Notes: generated by a model from the sequence alone, not told the origin. A DNA stretch of 64,000 bases from the human T2T-CHM13v2.0 reference genome, Homo sapiens (GCA_009914755.4 CP068257.2:26176001-26240000); one strand, 5' to 3'. Counted from the stretch's first letter, positions 30,354 to 42,899 are shown. Numbers and translations are program-made.

Positions 30354-32999
30354 TCAAACTATTTGTTTTATGAGATACTACCAGTCTTCCTCCTTAAACC
30401 TCTATATCTGATCTCTCTTACATTTTTCTACTGTGGTTGTCCATCTATCTGTTTGTGTAGCAGTGTCTCTATTTGTGTCTCTTTGTTTTCTTTTAGTTCC
30501 ATATCTTTATGTTATTATTATGACCATCATTATCATCTTAGTCATAACTACCATTAATAAACCAATAATTGTGCTAGACCCCTTATATATATATATTAAA
30601 ATTGATCTTCGACATATCACTGCAAGATATATGTATATGCAGGTGTGAGTCTGAGTGTATATAAAATAAACCTTTTTAGATGAGATACCATGCTCAAGGA
30701 GATTAAACACATTGCTCATGATCACGCTGCTAAATATCTACTAGAATATATCTCACAGTGGCTAGAAAAAAATGGGCCTACTAGGGCTGTGATTCTCAAA
30801 TTTTAACTGTGCATGCAAAGAATCTGGGGATCTTTTTAAAATGCAGATTCTGATGAAACGAGTTCAGGTGGTTGCCTCAGATACTGCATTTCTAACAAGC
30901 TCCTCCATAAAACCATTGCTGCTAATCCAAAGCCCATACTTGAAGTAGCACAATACATAGGAGCAATAGATCAGGAAAACTGCCCTTTGATTCAAACCTG
31001 AAGAAGTACTCAGGAGTACACTGTTGTTACTAATTACTCAGCCTTGGTTGGTACGTTGTCAAAGATCAAAAAACATTTTTAAAGATAAAAAAATTATTGG
31101 AAGGTGTGTAATGAAGGGTTAATTCTTCAGACATGGCTTTCCAAAACCTTGCACATTCCAAAGGTCTTCGGGACTGGCTCTCGACAAGCTCCTGGGAGAT
31201 GATAACCTATGAGCCCTTGGTATATGCTGCCTGATGAGAGTCTTCGTATACCTGAAAACGTAGGTCATACCAAATAGCTGATGCTAACAACATGATTTCT
31301 TGTGAGCACCTGTTTCTGTATGCCTATGACTTTGTGTAATGCCATATTAATATGACCTCTCTTAGGGCATAGGGAGGTTGGGAACTAAGTAGCTAAGTTC
31401 AGTCACAGGACGCTCGATGCATATGTGGTGGAATCCTAATAAAAACCCTGGACTCAAGACTGACTGAGCTTCCCTAGTTGGCAACAAGTTCACACATGTT
31501 GTCTCACACCACTGTAAAGAAAATTAGTCAGTGTGAAGTCCCCACTATGAAAGGACACCTGTAAGCTCACATCTGGTTTGTCCTGGACTCAACTTTATGT
31601 GCTCTTATGCTTCTGATTATTTTAATCTGGTTTCTTTCACTGTTAGAAACTATAACCACAAAAAAAATCAGCTTTCTTGAGTTATGTGAATCATTAAACC
31701 AAAGGGGGACTTGGGGACCTCCAATAAAAAGTATATATATTCTTAAAAAGAAAAAGAAAACTGGCTATAGCAGATATTGTTGATGACTTGTCTTCTATGT
31801 CCTGGACTCAATGTGTTCACCTGAAATTCACCTGTTTCCAGCTAACTGAGAGCTCCCCACATCATGCCTGTCTTTCTGATTTTTGGGCCTCCTGCAAGCT
31901 TCTTGAGGGTAACCAGTGTTTCTCAACCACACATAGGAACGAAGAAGGAGTTAGGGGTGGAGAGTTAATGATTCTAAGGCAATCCTTAAGCAATAAGAGA
32001 TGGGGATTCCAGCATCCCCATCTCTTTGTAAAGTTATTTTGAGACAATCTCCATACCTCCGTCATTACTGAGCACATAGCAGTAACTACTTATTCACACT
32101 GGCTTCGTGTTCTGTTTCATTTTCTCCACTTCCGTGCTTTCTCACTCAATTTCTGATTAAAGTATCTGACCCCAAATATTTGTTTCATAGTCTATTTTTG
32201 AGGGAATCCAGAGCCAAGACAATAACAATGGGAGCTTTGCAATGAGGGAGGGTGGGTATAATCATCAGAAGGGTACCTACCTCACTGGGAACATGAAGGC
32301 CAGGAGAGCTTACTGTTTCATTGAAAGAAACATGTTGAATCTCAGTTGAATACCTATATATATATATATGCAATAAGTCGTGCCCTTTACTTATATCAAA
32401 GGAAAGTGCTCTTTACCTCTCTTTGTTGTTGTGTTTTTATCACTATTGCCTACACAAGCAGAATATCATACCCAGGATTTAAAGCCCTGTCTGCAGGATT
32501 TTCAAGCTCATGTTTTTATCATAAGTCACTCTGCTTCCATGTGTTTTAAATCTAATCCTCATTCCTCTGCTTTTACACCAGAGAATTCATCACTGACTTA
32601 TTTTTGACTGACCTCCTTATAGAGCTGTCAAGTACACAATTTCTGCTGTGACCTTTCTCTTAGAGTTCAGTCATATAGCCTCTCACTAGAGATCATCTCC
32701 TCTTATCTTTCCTAATAATGAATTGTCAGTTAAAACTCAACATTTTTAAGATTGAGCTTACCATCTGCACACACACACACCATTATTGGTGTATTCTCAT
32801 AGCCTTGAAACACTAATGTCATGTTGATGTCTGCCTTTTCTTTCTCTGCTACCTCATCCCTCATCCTTAGATTATTCTAAAAGATTCAATTAGATCAAGT
32901 TGGCTAATTATATTTTTCAGATCCTCTCTACCCTTACCAATTTTTTGTTTAACAAATTTTATAAATTTCTGGCAGGAGACTGTTGAAATCCCCATGGAT

Positions 33000-33500
33000 G
33001 ACTGTGGTTTTACTATTTTACCTTTCAGTTTTAATAGGTTTTATATTATGTATGTTGAAGTAATGCTACTGTGTGCATACATATTTATTATTTACATGTC
33101 TTCTTGTTGTATTTTCCCCTTTGTCATTATGAAATGTTATTCTTCATCCCCAGTGATATTTCCTGTTCTGATGTCTACTTTGCTCATCACAGTTTTAGTG
33201 GGTTTTGGTTTGTTTGTTTTTCTTTTTTTGGGTTCAAGTAAGTTTCTTATAAAGAGCATACAGTTGAGTCTGGGTTTTTAATCCTGTCTTATGATCTCTG
33301 CCTTTTAATAAGAATATTTTGTCAATTTACATTTAATGCAATTATCACTATGATTGAGTGTATAACTACTCTCTTGCTATATGTTTTCTAAATGTCTCAT
33401 CATTTTTGTTCATTTTCCCCCTTTTTCTGCCTTCTTTTGAATTGAGAATTTAGTTTTTAAGATCCGCTTTTATCTCCACTATTAATTTTTAACCATTCAT
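33000..33500 (-). mobile_element. Probable ancient L1 (L1M-like) ORF2 fragment, antisense (low confidence)
   Basis: Resembles old-L1 antisense ORF2: 'agtctgggtttttaatcctgtcttatgatctctgccttttaataagaatattttgtcaatttacatttaatgcaattatcactatgattgagtgtataactactctcttgctatatgttttctaaatgtctcatcatttttgttc' (cf. '...tctgccttttaattggagagtttaatccatttacatttaatgtaattattgataagtaagg...'). Highly diverged. Confidence 0.4.
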
Positions 33501-34475
33501 TTTTATTTTAATTTTAATGATTGATATAGGGCTCATAAAATAGACAGTTCTTGTTTTCCTTAGTTTTGATATGCAAAGGCTTTAGTTATCATGCTTTAGT
33601 TACATAGCACAAGCCCCAAAACAAAACAGTTTAGGTACAGCAGTGTATTAATTGGGACTAACGGCTTGAAGTACAAATTTTTTCTGTGAACTCTTCAGTC
33701 CATAAAACTATTAGGTAAATATCAGATTTGCATCAAGATCCATGGTTAGTCATGTCACTTTTCTCAATATCTATCAATAATCAATTATTATGTACCTGTT
33801 TTGTATTCATACAGAGACAGGAAAGCATACAGTAGTGTTGCTTCTTTGTCTTTCAGTGATAAAGGCATGACATTATACAAAAATTGATAAATGACAGAAA
33901 ATCAGCCAACGAAAATGAAAGTGTGGCAAATAAATGAAAGTGTCAACACCGAAAGTGAAATTCAAATTGGATCTTGATGGATTTATAGAAGCAATAGTTA
34001 ATTGCGAGAATGCTGACACAACTACCATCCAAGAGATTTCATATGTGCAGTCATGGGAACTTATGGAAGACATATTTACAACTTAAATGAAGAAGCTGAT
34101 TGCAGGGAAAAGATGAAAGTTTTCCCAGAAGATGTGATGCTGAGGAAAAAAATTACATTGAAGAAACTCTCCAAGATGTTTAAAGACAATGAACGCACAA
34201 ACAATAAAATGTTGGACAAATAATCAAAGTTATAAAGAAGAATGGCAATTCACTAAAGCATAAAAAATATTGAGAGTCACATGATGAGAAGTTGTGCAAA
34301 TACTGTACAAACTACTCTGAATACATTTCAAAGAAATATATAAAACATGTATTTTAATTATCAATGTTTTAAATTATAGTGTACTATATAGATACTAGTT
34401 TCAGGGTTGTTTTTTGGTTTTTACTTTTCTATACATATATAACAGTAAGACATTTTTAATATTTTGACAAAGGTG

Positions 34476-34779
<304 letters not shown>

Positions 34780-34989
34780 GACAAGTGTTTTTAATGATTG
34801 CAGGAAGAAGTTTATGTTTTCCCATTAATTATTAAGATAACTTTGCCCAGTTTCAACTTGCACAGTGGTTACTAAGGCCCCACACTGATGTGCATAAAGA
34901 GTACCATCTGTACTTTTTTTTTAACTTAAAACACACAACCTTCAAATAATATTTATAATACCTGCTATATAGTTTTAAAATATTGCAAT

Positions 34990-36225
34990 TCTGAAGCCAG
35001 CATTACCATGATACCAAAACCTGGCAACCTATAATCCTGAAATGTAAGACCTCAAACTATAAGAATGCTAGAAGTAATCCTAGGAAACACCATTCTGAAA
35101 ATCAGCCTTGGGCAAGAATTTATGACTAAGTCCTCAAAAGCAATTTCAACAAAACAAAAATTGACAAGTGGGACCTAATTAAACTAAAGAGCTTCTGCAC
35201 AGTAAAAGAAACTATCAACAGAGCAAGCAAACACCCCACAGCATGGGCGAAAATATTCACAAACAATATGTTCAAGAAAAGTCTCATATCTGGAATCTAT
35301 AAGGAACTTAAACAATTAAACAAGCAAAAAATGAATAACTTAATTTTAATAATGAGCAAAACCATGAACAGATACTTCTCAAAAGAAGACATACAAGTGG
35401 CTAACAAACATGAAAAAAAATGCTCGTAATCACTGATCTCAGAGAAATGTAAATCAAAACCAAAATGAGATATCGTCTCACACTAGCCAGAGTGGCTATT
35501 ATTAAAGAACTCCAAAAATGTTTAGTAATATCTTTTATTGAAAAGTTCCTGCCAAGGCTATAGAAAAAGGGGAATGTTTATACACTGTTGGTGGGAATGT
35601 AAGTTAGTTCAGCCACTGAGGAAAGTAGTTTGGAGATTTCTCAAAGAGCTTAAAACAGAACTACCATTTGACTTAATAATCCCATTTCTGGTTATATATC
35701 CATAAGAAAATAAACTATTCTACCAAAAAGACACATAGACTTGTATGTTCATTGTAGCACTGTTCCCAATAGCAAAGATATGGAATCAACCTAAGTGCCC
35801 ATCAGCAGCAGATTGGATAAAGAGAATATGGTACATATACACTATGGAATACTACACAGCCATAATAAAGAACAAAACCGTCTATTTGCAGCAACATGGA
35901 TGCAACTTGCAGCCATTATCTTAAGCGAATTAATGCAGAAACAGAAAATCAAATACCACACGTTCTCACGTATAAATGGGAGTTAAACACAGGGTACTCA
36001 TGGACATAAAAAGGGCAACAATAGAAACTGGACACTGCTAGAGGGAGAGGAAGGGAGGGAGGGAGACCGGGGTTGAAAAACTATCTGTTGGGTACTATGC
36101 TCAGTACCTGGGAGATGGGCTCAACCGTACCACCAACCTCAGCATCACACAATATATCCATGTAACAAACCTGTACATGTATTCCATAAATTTAAAATAA
36201 ATGTTCAAATAAAAAAACAAATATT
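34990..36225 (+). mobile_element. L1 3' portion (older L1PB/L1MA-like ORF2 C-terminus plus 3'UTR), sense, ~1.2 kb
   Basis: 'atgtaagacctcaaactataagaatgctagaag', 'caaaaattgacaagtgggacctaattaaactaaagagcttctgcacagtaaaagaaactatcaacagagcaa', 'cagatacttctcaaaagaagacatacaagtggctaacaaacatgaaaaaaaatgctcgtaatcactgatctcagagaaatgtaaatcaaaaccaaaatgagatatcgtctcacactagccagagtggctattattaaa', 'gtttatacactgttggtgggaatgtaagttagttcagccactgaggaaagtagtttggagatttctcaaagagcttaaaacagaactaccatttgac', 'aaacctgtacatgtattccataaatttaaaataaatgttcaaataaaaaaac'. Plus ORF 35795-35986 is an L1 ORF2 C-terminal remnant. Confidence 0.9.
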
Positions 36226-36275
36226 ATAACTGTCTATCCATTTTCTCTCTACAGTTCTTTGCCCTACTGTCATAG

Positions 36276-36708
<433 letters not shown>

Positions 36709-36749
36709 CTATGTATTATTTCTAACATGAGTCATCTCTTTTTAAAAAT

Positions 36750-37205
36750 GTAAATTATCCCAGCACCATTTATTAAATAGGAATCCTTTCCCCCATATCC
36801 AAGGATGATAGACTGGATTAAGAAAATGTGGCACATATACACCATGGAATACTATGCAGCCATAAAAAATGATGAGTTCATGTCCTTTATAGGGACATGG
36901 ATGAAGCTGGAAACCATCATTCTCAGCAAACTATCGCATGGACAAAAAACCAAACACCGCATGTTCTCACTCATAGGTGGGAACTGAACAATGAGAACAC
37001 ATGGACACAGGAAGGGGAACATCACACACTGGGGCCTGTTGTGGGGTGGGGGCAGGGGGGAGGGATAGCATTAGGAGATATACCTAATGTTAAATGACAA
37101 GTTAATGGGTGCAGCACACCAACATGGCACATGTATACATGTGTAACAAACCTGCACGTTGTGCACATGTACCCTAAAACTTAAAGTATAATAATAAAGA
37201 AAGTA
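36750..37205 (+). mobile_element. Young L1PA-like 3' terminal fragment (end of ORF2 plus 3'UTR), sense, preceded by a ~50-bp inverted L1 ORF2 piece
   Basis: 36803-37205: 'gatgatagactggattaagaaaatgtggcacatatacaccatggaatactatgcagccataaaaaatgatgagttcatgtcctttatagggacatggatgaagctggaaaccatcattctcagcaaactatcgcatggacaaaaaaccaaacaccgcatgttctcactcataggtgggaactgaacaatgagaacacatggacacaggaaggggaacatcacacactggggcctgttgtggggtggggg...acctaatgttaaatgacaagttaatgggtgcagcacaccaacatggcacatgtatacatgtgtaacaaacctgcacgttgtgcacatgtaccctaaaacttaaagtataataataaag'. Essentially identical to the L1HS/L1PA2-4 terminus from memory. 36750-36800 'cccagcaccatttattaaataggaatcctttccccc' is the reverse complement of L1 ORF2 '...gggaaaggattccctatttaataaatggtgctgg'. 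Plus ORF 36805-36987 matches the L1 ORF2 C-terminus. Confidence 0.9.
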
Positions 37206-40200
37206 AATTATCATCCTGTTACTTTCTTTTTGTCTACCATTTCTTTCAGTCCCAGTATGCTGTTGATAAAATCTATCAGCTACTTATTGTCAAAATAGCT
37301 TTATTTGCTTTCATTTTTGTAAATTTCTTGATTTTTTTAGAATTTTCACTTGAATGAATTTCCAGGTTGACTTGTTTCTCTTGCTTTAAGTAATAGAATG
37401 TTGCGCTATGGTCTTCTGATATACATGCTTATCATAAAAAGTAGTTATTACATTGGTTCCATTGTCAATAATACATCTCTTTTTCTCCAACTGCTTTTAA
37501 GTTTTCTTTTTAAAAATAGCTTTCTTCAACTTAATCCTTTTATTCATTTTGATTTGAGTTCACTGCACTTCTGTTACCTGTTGGTTTATAGTTTTACCAA
37601 GTTTTAAAAATATCTCAACCACTACCTTTATAAATAGTTTTTGCCCTCCCCCCATTTCCTGGGGTTTCAATTATGTGTGTTGTTAAGCTGCTTAATATTT
37701 TCTAATTCCATAATTTCTGTCTTTTCTTGGTCTGTTTCTATTAACTTTTTGTCTTGTTTTGGATCTTTTTTTGTTTATATGCATTTCTGTTTTTTTTTTT
37801 TAATGTCTAAGGGAAATTCTGAATTGTACGTTGTTAGGATCTGGATTTTGTTTTATTTCTTTAAAGAGAGATGAACTCTGTTTTCAAATGCAGTTAAGTT
37901 ATCTGAGATCAATGGTGATATTTTTTGCTTTTAAATGTGATTATAATGGCTTCAGAGCCTTGACTCTAGAGCTGATTCACCCCCCTACTAAGGTGTGATT
38001 ATTCTGAGAACTCTATCGGATATTATAAGTTTCTCACTCTGGCTGGAGCACATACGGGTTCTTCTAAGGCCCACATGACCTCCAGGAATTTCTCTGGCCC
38101 ACTGCTAATGAAGACTCATTTTTCTATCTCATGGAGTTTTCCTTTATGTAGGCACAGTTCAGTTCTCACTCAAGGACTCCAGAGAACCTCTATGTAAATC
38201 TCCACAGTTCTCTCTCTGTGCAGCCCTCTTCTCTCTGTCAGTCTGCCTTGATGATTCTAGTCACCTTGGCCTCCATAAACTTTGATATCTTGCTCTTAAA
38301 TTCAGCAAATCATGATATTCTCTCTCAGATTGTCTCATACCATGCTGGAGGCTGGAAATCACTTTCAGTAAGTATGCTGGCACAATAAAGGGTATATATT
38401 GTTTTCTTTCTCTCAGAAATCACAGTTTTGTGCTGCCTATTTTTTTCATGCAATAAAAACAGTTTATATACTTGTTCTGGATTTCTAAACGTTTACAAAA
38501 GTTGCATAATTCTGGTAGTCATTAATTCTTCATCAGCAACAGTTGAATTCTCAGAGACTTGTTTAACTGCCCAGATGACAATTATCCTATTGCTTTATTC
38601 TTCAAATCAAGTAAGTGAATCAAAGTCAGTCTTAGTGATGATCAGTATCTCTATATTTTTGTCTAAAAAACAGAATGCTATTTTAATCTATAGATTCAAG
38701 TGTCATTTTATCTCTTTGAAGTTTTCAACAAGTAATGTTTCCGGTATTAACGTTCTTTCTTATTCTTCAAAACATCAAGTAGGCAGAGGTTGAGTCTCCA
38801 TTGTCACGCATCTATATTTACCAACGCCGTATTAAGGATTTTTATTATGCCTTTGTCTTTTCATATAATTTACTTTTGTGTGGTTTCTACTAGATATTCA
38901 CTATTTTTCTGGATGTAATTGCTGATGTATAGTGCCTATGTATTTCTTTCTTACATAATTCCTTAGTTGTTCACTTCAATTTCTAAATTGAGATTAACTT
39001 CAATTTGTCCTCTGATTACTTTGGTAATTCTACTTGTGATGCAGTTTTAGCAACTGTATCTTGTTTATGCTTTGTGTTCATTTTCATATTTAGAAAATAG
39101 AACACCAGGCATATATATTTTACTGATTTTTTTCTCTCTGCATTCCTTGTAGAACAGATCCAGGTATTAGCTAAGGGATCCTCTGGGGCAGGAGTGGTGT
39201 GGCATTGCAGTTTGTATCTTTTTTTAAATCCATGATTTTGTAATGGAATACCGTCACACTAATTTTCTTACTCCCTAAGTACTGGGTAATTGTTTCTCCT
39301 CCTATTAGCATTCACTTTTCTAAAGGTAATGTGGCTCGGATTTAGATTCCTAGGTTTCTAAATCTACATTTCTAATCTCTATATTATCACATGCTGGTTA
39401 ATGCTTTTCTCTTTTGCTCCTCTCCACTTCTGTGAGCTTCATTCTGTTTGGAACTCAGAGTATATGAAATGAATAGAGTACATCAGCCTGAATTCTCTTA
39501 CAACTTCAAATTCTTTCCATTTTATGGATAGACAACACTGAGTTACTCTATAGTGACTTTCCTACTTTTATTAATATCATGGTCACATTATTCCATAAAA
39601 TCTTACCATTTTAAGAAAAATAGTTTTTGAATTACATCTCCCAGAGTAGCAGCAATGATATCTAGAAAAAGTGATCATCCTGAACATGTACTGATTATAC
39701 ATGTAAAAGCACTCACTCTGATCACTCCTTGTTTTAGTTGAAATATAACAGTGTTTGGCAGGTTTGCTTCTCCGTTTATGGTTTCAGGCTATAGTTGTTT
39801 CTCTGAAGATGCTTATCTTCTTATTTTTTCTTGTTTTCTTTTTGTTCTCAATGAAATGAATTTTAATAGAAGAATGAAATGTAAAATATTCAAATTCAGT
39901 GTCTTATAGTGTCTATAGTTTTGGGCACTTATTTTAAAACTGAATAATAATTTTCAATGCATATGACTCATTCTCTACCCTCCTTTCTTCCATTCTTCTG
40001 AATGTGTGACAAACAAGTATAGATGCTCTGAATGGTAATAAATTAAAAAATCATTTCATGATGGTCCTATTCCTGTAATTCTATTTTCCAATTGACCTCC
40101 ATTTCCTATCCTAACTGCATAAAAGTGAAATAAATCAGTAACTATATAATTTTAAAAATAAGTGGTCTGAATGATTTTGCTGGGATAAGTAATAAAAAAT

Positions 40201-40433
40201 GTTGAAATCTTTGAAGTTTTCAATTTGCTTAAAAAGAAAAAAGTTTCAGGCTTTGGCAAAGCAAACATGCATTTTGCTAAGTAATATTCCCCCTTAATTT
40301 TGAGATTTATTTTGGCTTCATACATTTCTTTCTTATATGAATACCATTAAAGTAAAAGTTATTTCAGAGTTATCAGGTTGAAGACTTTTATAGATGTATG
40401 TGCATGCATATTTATTCTTTCCTAAAAATACAG

Positions 40434-40803
40434 TTGTTTTAGTTTGGGCTGCCAGAGCAAAGTACCATAGACTAGGCACTTTGTAAACTGGATGGGTTTA
40501 TAAACAACAGAAATTTATTTCTCACAGATCTTGAGTTCAGAAATATGAGATTAGAGTGCCAGCATGGATGGATTCTTGTGAGGACCCTCTTCTGACTTGC
40601 AGACTGCCGTCTTTTCTTTATATCCTCACATGATAGAAAAAGAGCAAGAGAGTTCTCTGGGGTCTTTTTTATAAGGGTGCTAATCTCATTCACATGGGCT
40701 CCAGTCTCATGACGTAATTAGCTCCCAAAGACCCCACCTCCTAGTACCATACATTATGGGTTAGGATTTTGACATATGAATTTGGGTGGGGGAGAACAAC
40801 AAC
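40434..40803 (+). mobile_element. MaLR-type LTR, MLT1-like (family call tentative)
   Basis: 'tgttttagtttgggctgccagagcaaagtaccatagactaggcactttgtaaactggatgggtttataaacaacagaaatttatttctcacagatcttgagttcagaaatatgagattagagtgccagcatgg...ctgacttgcagactgccgtcttttctttatatcctcacatgatagaaaaagagcaagagagttctctggggtcttttttataagggtgctaatctcattcacatgggctccagtctcatgacgtaattagctcccaaagaccccacctcctagtaccatacattatgggttaggattttgacatatgaatttgggtggggg'. Compare the MLT1-type consensus 'tgt..agt..gggctgccataacaaaataccacagactgggtggcttaaacaacagaaatttatttctcacagttctggaggctgggaagtccaagatcaaggtgccagc...ctcatgacctaat...acctcccaaaggccccacctccaaataccatcacattggggattagggcttcaacatatgaattttggg'. Confidence 0.65.
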
Positions 40804-40963
40804 CATTTTGTCCATTGCAATAGTGAAGGTGAAGGAGATATAAAATGAAATAAGTAAATCTTCCATAAATCTTTCATAAATTATAGTATAAGAAAATATC
40901 ATGAATGGTTCAAATTTGTGATTTTTATCACTACAAAAGAGATTATGGGACTGTGATATGATC

Positions 40964-41299
40964 TGGCTATGTCCCCACCCACATCTCACCTTGAATTGTA
41001 ATAATCCCAAAATGTCAAGGGTGGGGCCAGGTGGAGATAACTGAATCATGGGGGCGGTCTCCCCCATCCTGTTCTCATGGTAATGAATAAGTCTCTGTTG
41101 GTTTCATAAATGGGAGTTCCCCTGCACAAGCTCTTTTTCCTGCTGCCATGTAAGACATGCCTTTGCTCCTCCTTTGCGTTCTGCCATGATTGTGAGGCCT
41201 CCCCAGCCATGTGAAACTGTGAGTCCATTAAATCACTTGTTCTTTATAAATTACCCAGTCAAGTATGTCTTTATTTGCATGAAAACAGACTAATAACAG
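40964..41299 (+). mobile_element. THE1-type MaLR solo LTR
   Basis: tgatatgatctggctatgtccccacccacatctcaccttgaattgtaataatcccaaaatgtcaagggtggggccaggtggagataactgaatcatgggggcggtctcccccatcctgttctcatggtaatgaataagtctctgttggtttcataaatgggagttcccctgcacaagctctttttcctgctgccatgtaagacatgcctttgctcctcctttgcgttctgccatgattgtgaggcctccccagccatgtgaaactgtgagtccattaaatcacttgttctttataaattacccagtcaagtatgtctttatttgcatgaaaacagactaataaca. Collinear with the THE1B consensus from memory. Minus-strand ORFs 40741-41067 and 41046-41228 are read-through of this LTR. Confidence 0.9.
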
Positions 41300-41527
41300 A
41301 CTGATTCATCTGACTCAGAAATATTTGAATAGGACATCTAAAAAGGGCCTTGCAAGGTATGTTTTATGTGTATTGATGAAGATGGATGGAGTTTTCATGA
41401 AAGTTACACGCAAATGCACAGACCAGCCAAGGTGAATAATGAAAGAAATAAAAATTAGCAGAGATGGACAGAATAGAAACCAAACACGACTCATTTATTT
41501 ACTTCTCTTTAAAGTGCCAAAGCACAT

Positions 41528-41906
41528 ACTTAATTTTTTTTTTTTTTTTTGAACTGGAGTCTCACTCTGTCACCCAGGCTGCAGTGCAGTGGCGCAGTCT
41601 AGGCTCACTGCAACCTCCACCTCCCCGGTTCAAGAAATTCTCCTGCCTCAGCCTCCCAAGTAGCTGGGATTCAAGCAATTCTCCTGCCTCAGCCTCCCAA
41701 GTAGCTGGGATTCAAGCAATTCTCCTGCCAAAGCCTCCCAAGTAGCTGGCACCAGCCACCACACCTGGTTAAATTTTTTTGTATTTTTAGTAAAGACGGG
41801 GTTTTACCATATTGGCCATGCTGGTCTTGAACTCCTGACCTTGTGATCTGCCTGCCTTGGCCTCCCGAAGTGTTGGGATTACAGGCATGAGCCACCATGC
41901 CCAACC
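41528..41906 (-). mobile_element. Alu (antisense) carrying an internal 38-bp tandem triplication
   Basis: T19 gaactggagtctcactctgtcacccaggctgcagtgcagtggcgcagtctaggctcactgcaacctccacctccccggt then 'tcaagaaattctcctgcctcagcctcccaagtagctgggat' / 'tcaagcaattctcctgcctcagcctcccaagtagctgggat' / 'tcaagcaattctcctgccaaagcctcccaagtagctggcac' (41630-41744), then cagccaccacacctggttaaatttttttgtatttttagtaaagacggggttttaccatattggccatgctggtcttgaactcctgaccttgtgatctgcctgccttggcctcccgaagtgttgggattacaggcatgagccaccatgcccaacc. Probable TSD 'acatacttaatttt' / 'acataattaatttt'. Confidence 0.92.
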
Positions 41907-42899
41907 ACATAATTAATTTTTATCACAGATTTCACAGATTTTAAACTCCTCAAGTTACATTTCTCAAGTAGTAAAATCACTTATTTCTGAGTGCATTTAA
42001 GATGGACCTTGAGTTTATTTAAAATGCAGATTCCCAGGTCCTGTTCTATGCCTGTTAAATCAGAATCTCTGGACTTGGAACTAACTGACAAGTTTGCACT
42101 TTAAGCAAAAATCCTGGTGAATTCTACCGACTAAGGTTTTAAAGCAATTCATCTGACATGTGGAGTACAATCTCTTTAGTTATCTTTAGTGAATATCCTG
42201 CATAATATTCACAAAGATTGTAAGTAAATAGTTAAATGTATCAATGTTAAGACTTCAACAATTTAAGAAATGTTCCCAAATGCAGCTGGTTTTCTTACAA
42301 ACTGGGAGGTATAGTTGAGTGTATGAATTGGAAAATGAGGACTAAAACTCTCTTTAAGGATAATACCAAAGGTAATTTTCCTAATCCATACTTTTTAAAA
42401 TATTGCATTGGCTTTGGTCTTCTTGTTGAACGGTTAATAATTTGACCGATAAATCTATAAATTCTTGTTAAGAGCTTACTATAATCTTAGCTACATAAAG
42501 GTGATACAAAAGGAAGGGAACTATATAGTGCATGAAATTTGACCTAAGAGTTATGAAGAGTTTGAGAAAACAAGAGAAAATATGAAAGATTATCATAGAA
42601 CAGAAGGTAATTGCATGGTATTAATTTTAAATGCTGCCACTATTCACAGGCTAAGGAAGAACAAAGAAGGTTTTTGTTGTAAAGTCAGGTTTCAGGAAGT
42701 GATTTGGCTAAGATCTGGACCTAAAAGCTGGGTAATATCACTTACAGAAAATATCATTACTGAAAATACCGAAACAGTCACTACCCACAATTTAGAAGAA
42801 AAAAACCTAAAGTTATCTTTGTCCCATAATAATCAAGCAGTTGTCATTTAGCTCCTTTCAAGGTAACAAGGGATTTCATAGAATATTATACTTCAATAG

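Noticed and set aside
31231-31262. Hammerhead-ribozyme-like core 'ctgatgagagtcttcgtatacctgaaaacg' (CUGAUGA … GAAAC)
   Set aside because: The conserved CUGAUGA and GAAA boxes are present, but the intervening bases cannot form stem II ('gagtc' versus 'tacct' are not complementary) and no stem I/III partners flank it. It is a chance occurrence in AT-rich DNA.
37200-38400. Possible additional degenerate L1 antisense fragments ('ttttgccctccccccatttcctggggtttcaattatgtgtgttgttaagctgcttaatattttc…')
   Set aside because: The resemblance to old L1 is suggestive but too weak to call without an alignment tool, so it is left unannotated.
38428-38793. 121-aa plus-strand ORF
   Set aside because: AT-rich, low-complexity, Ser/Ile/Leu-dominated translation in probable degraded repeat sequence, with no homology that I recognise.
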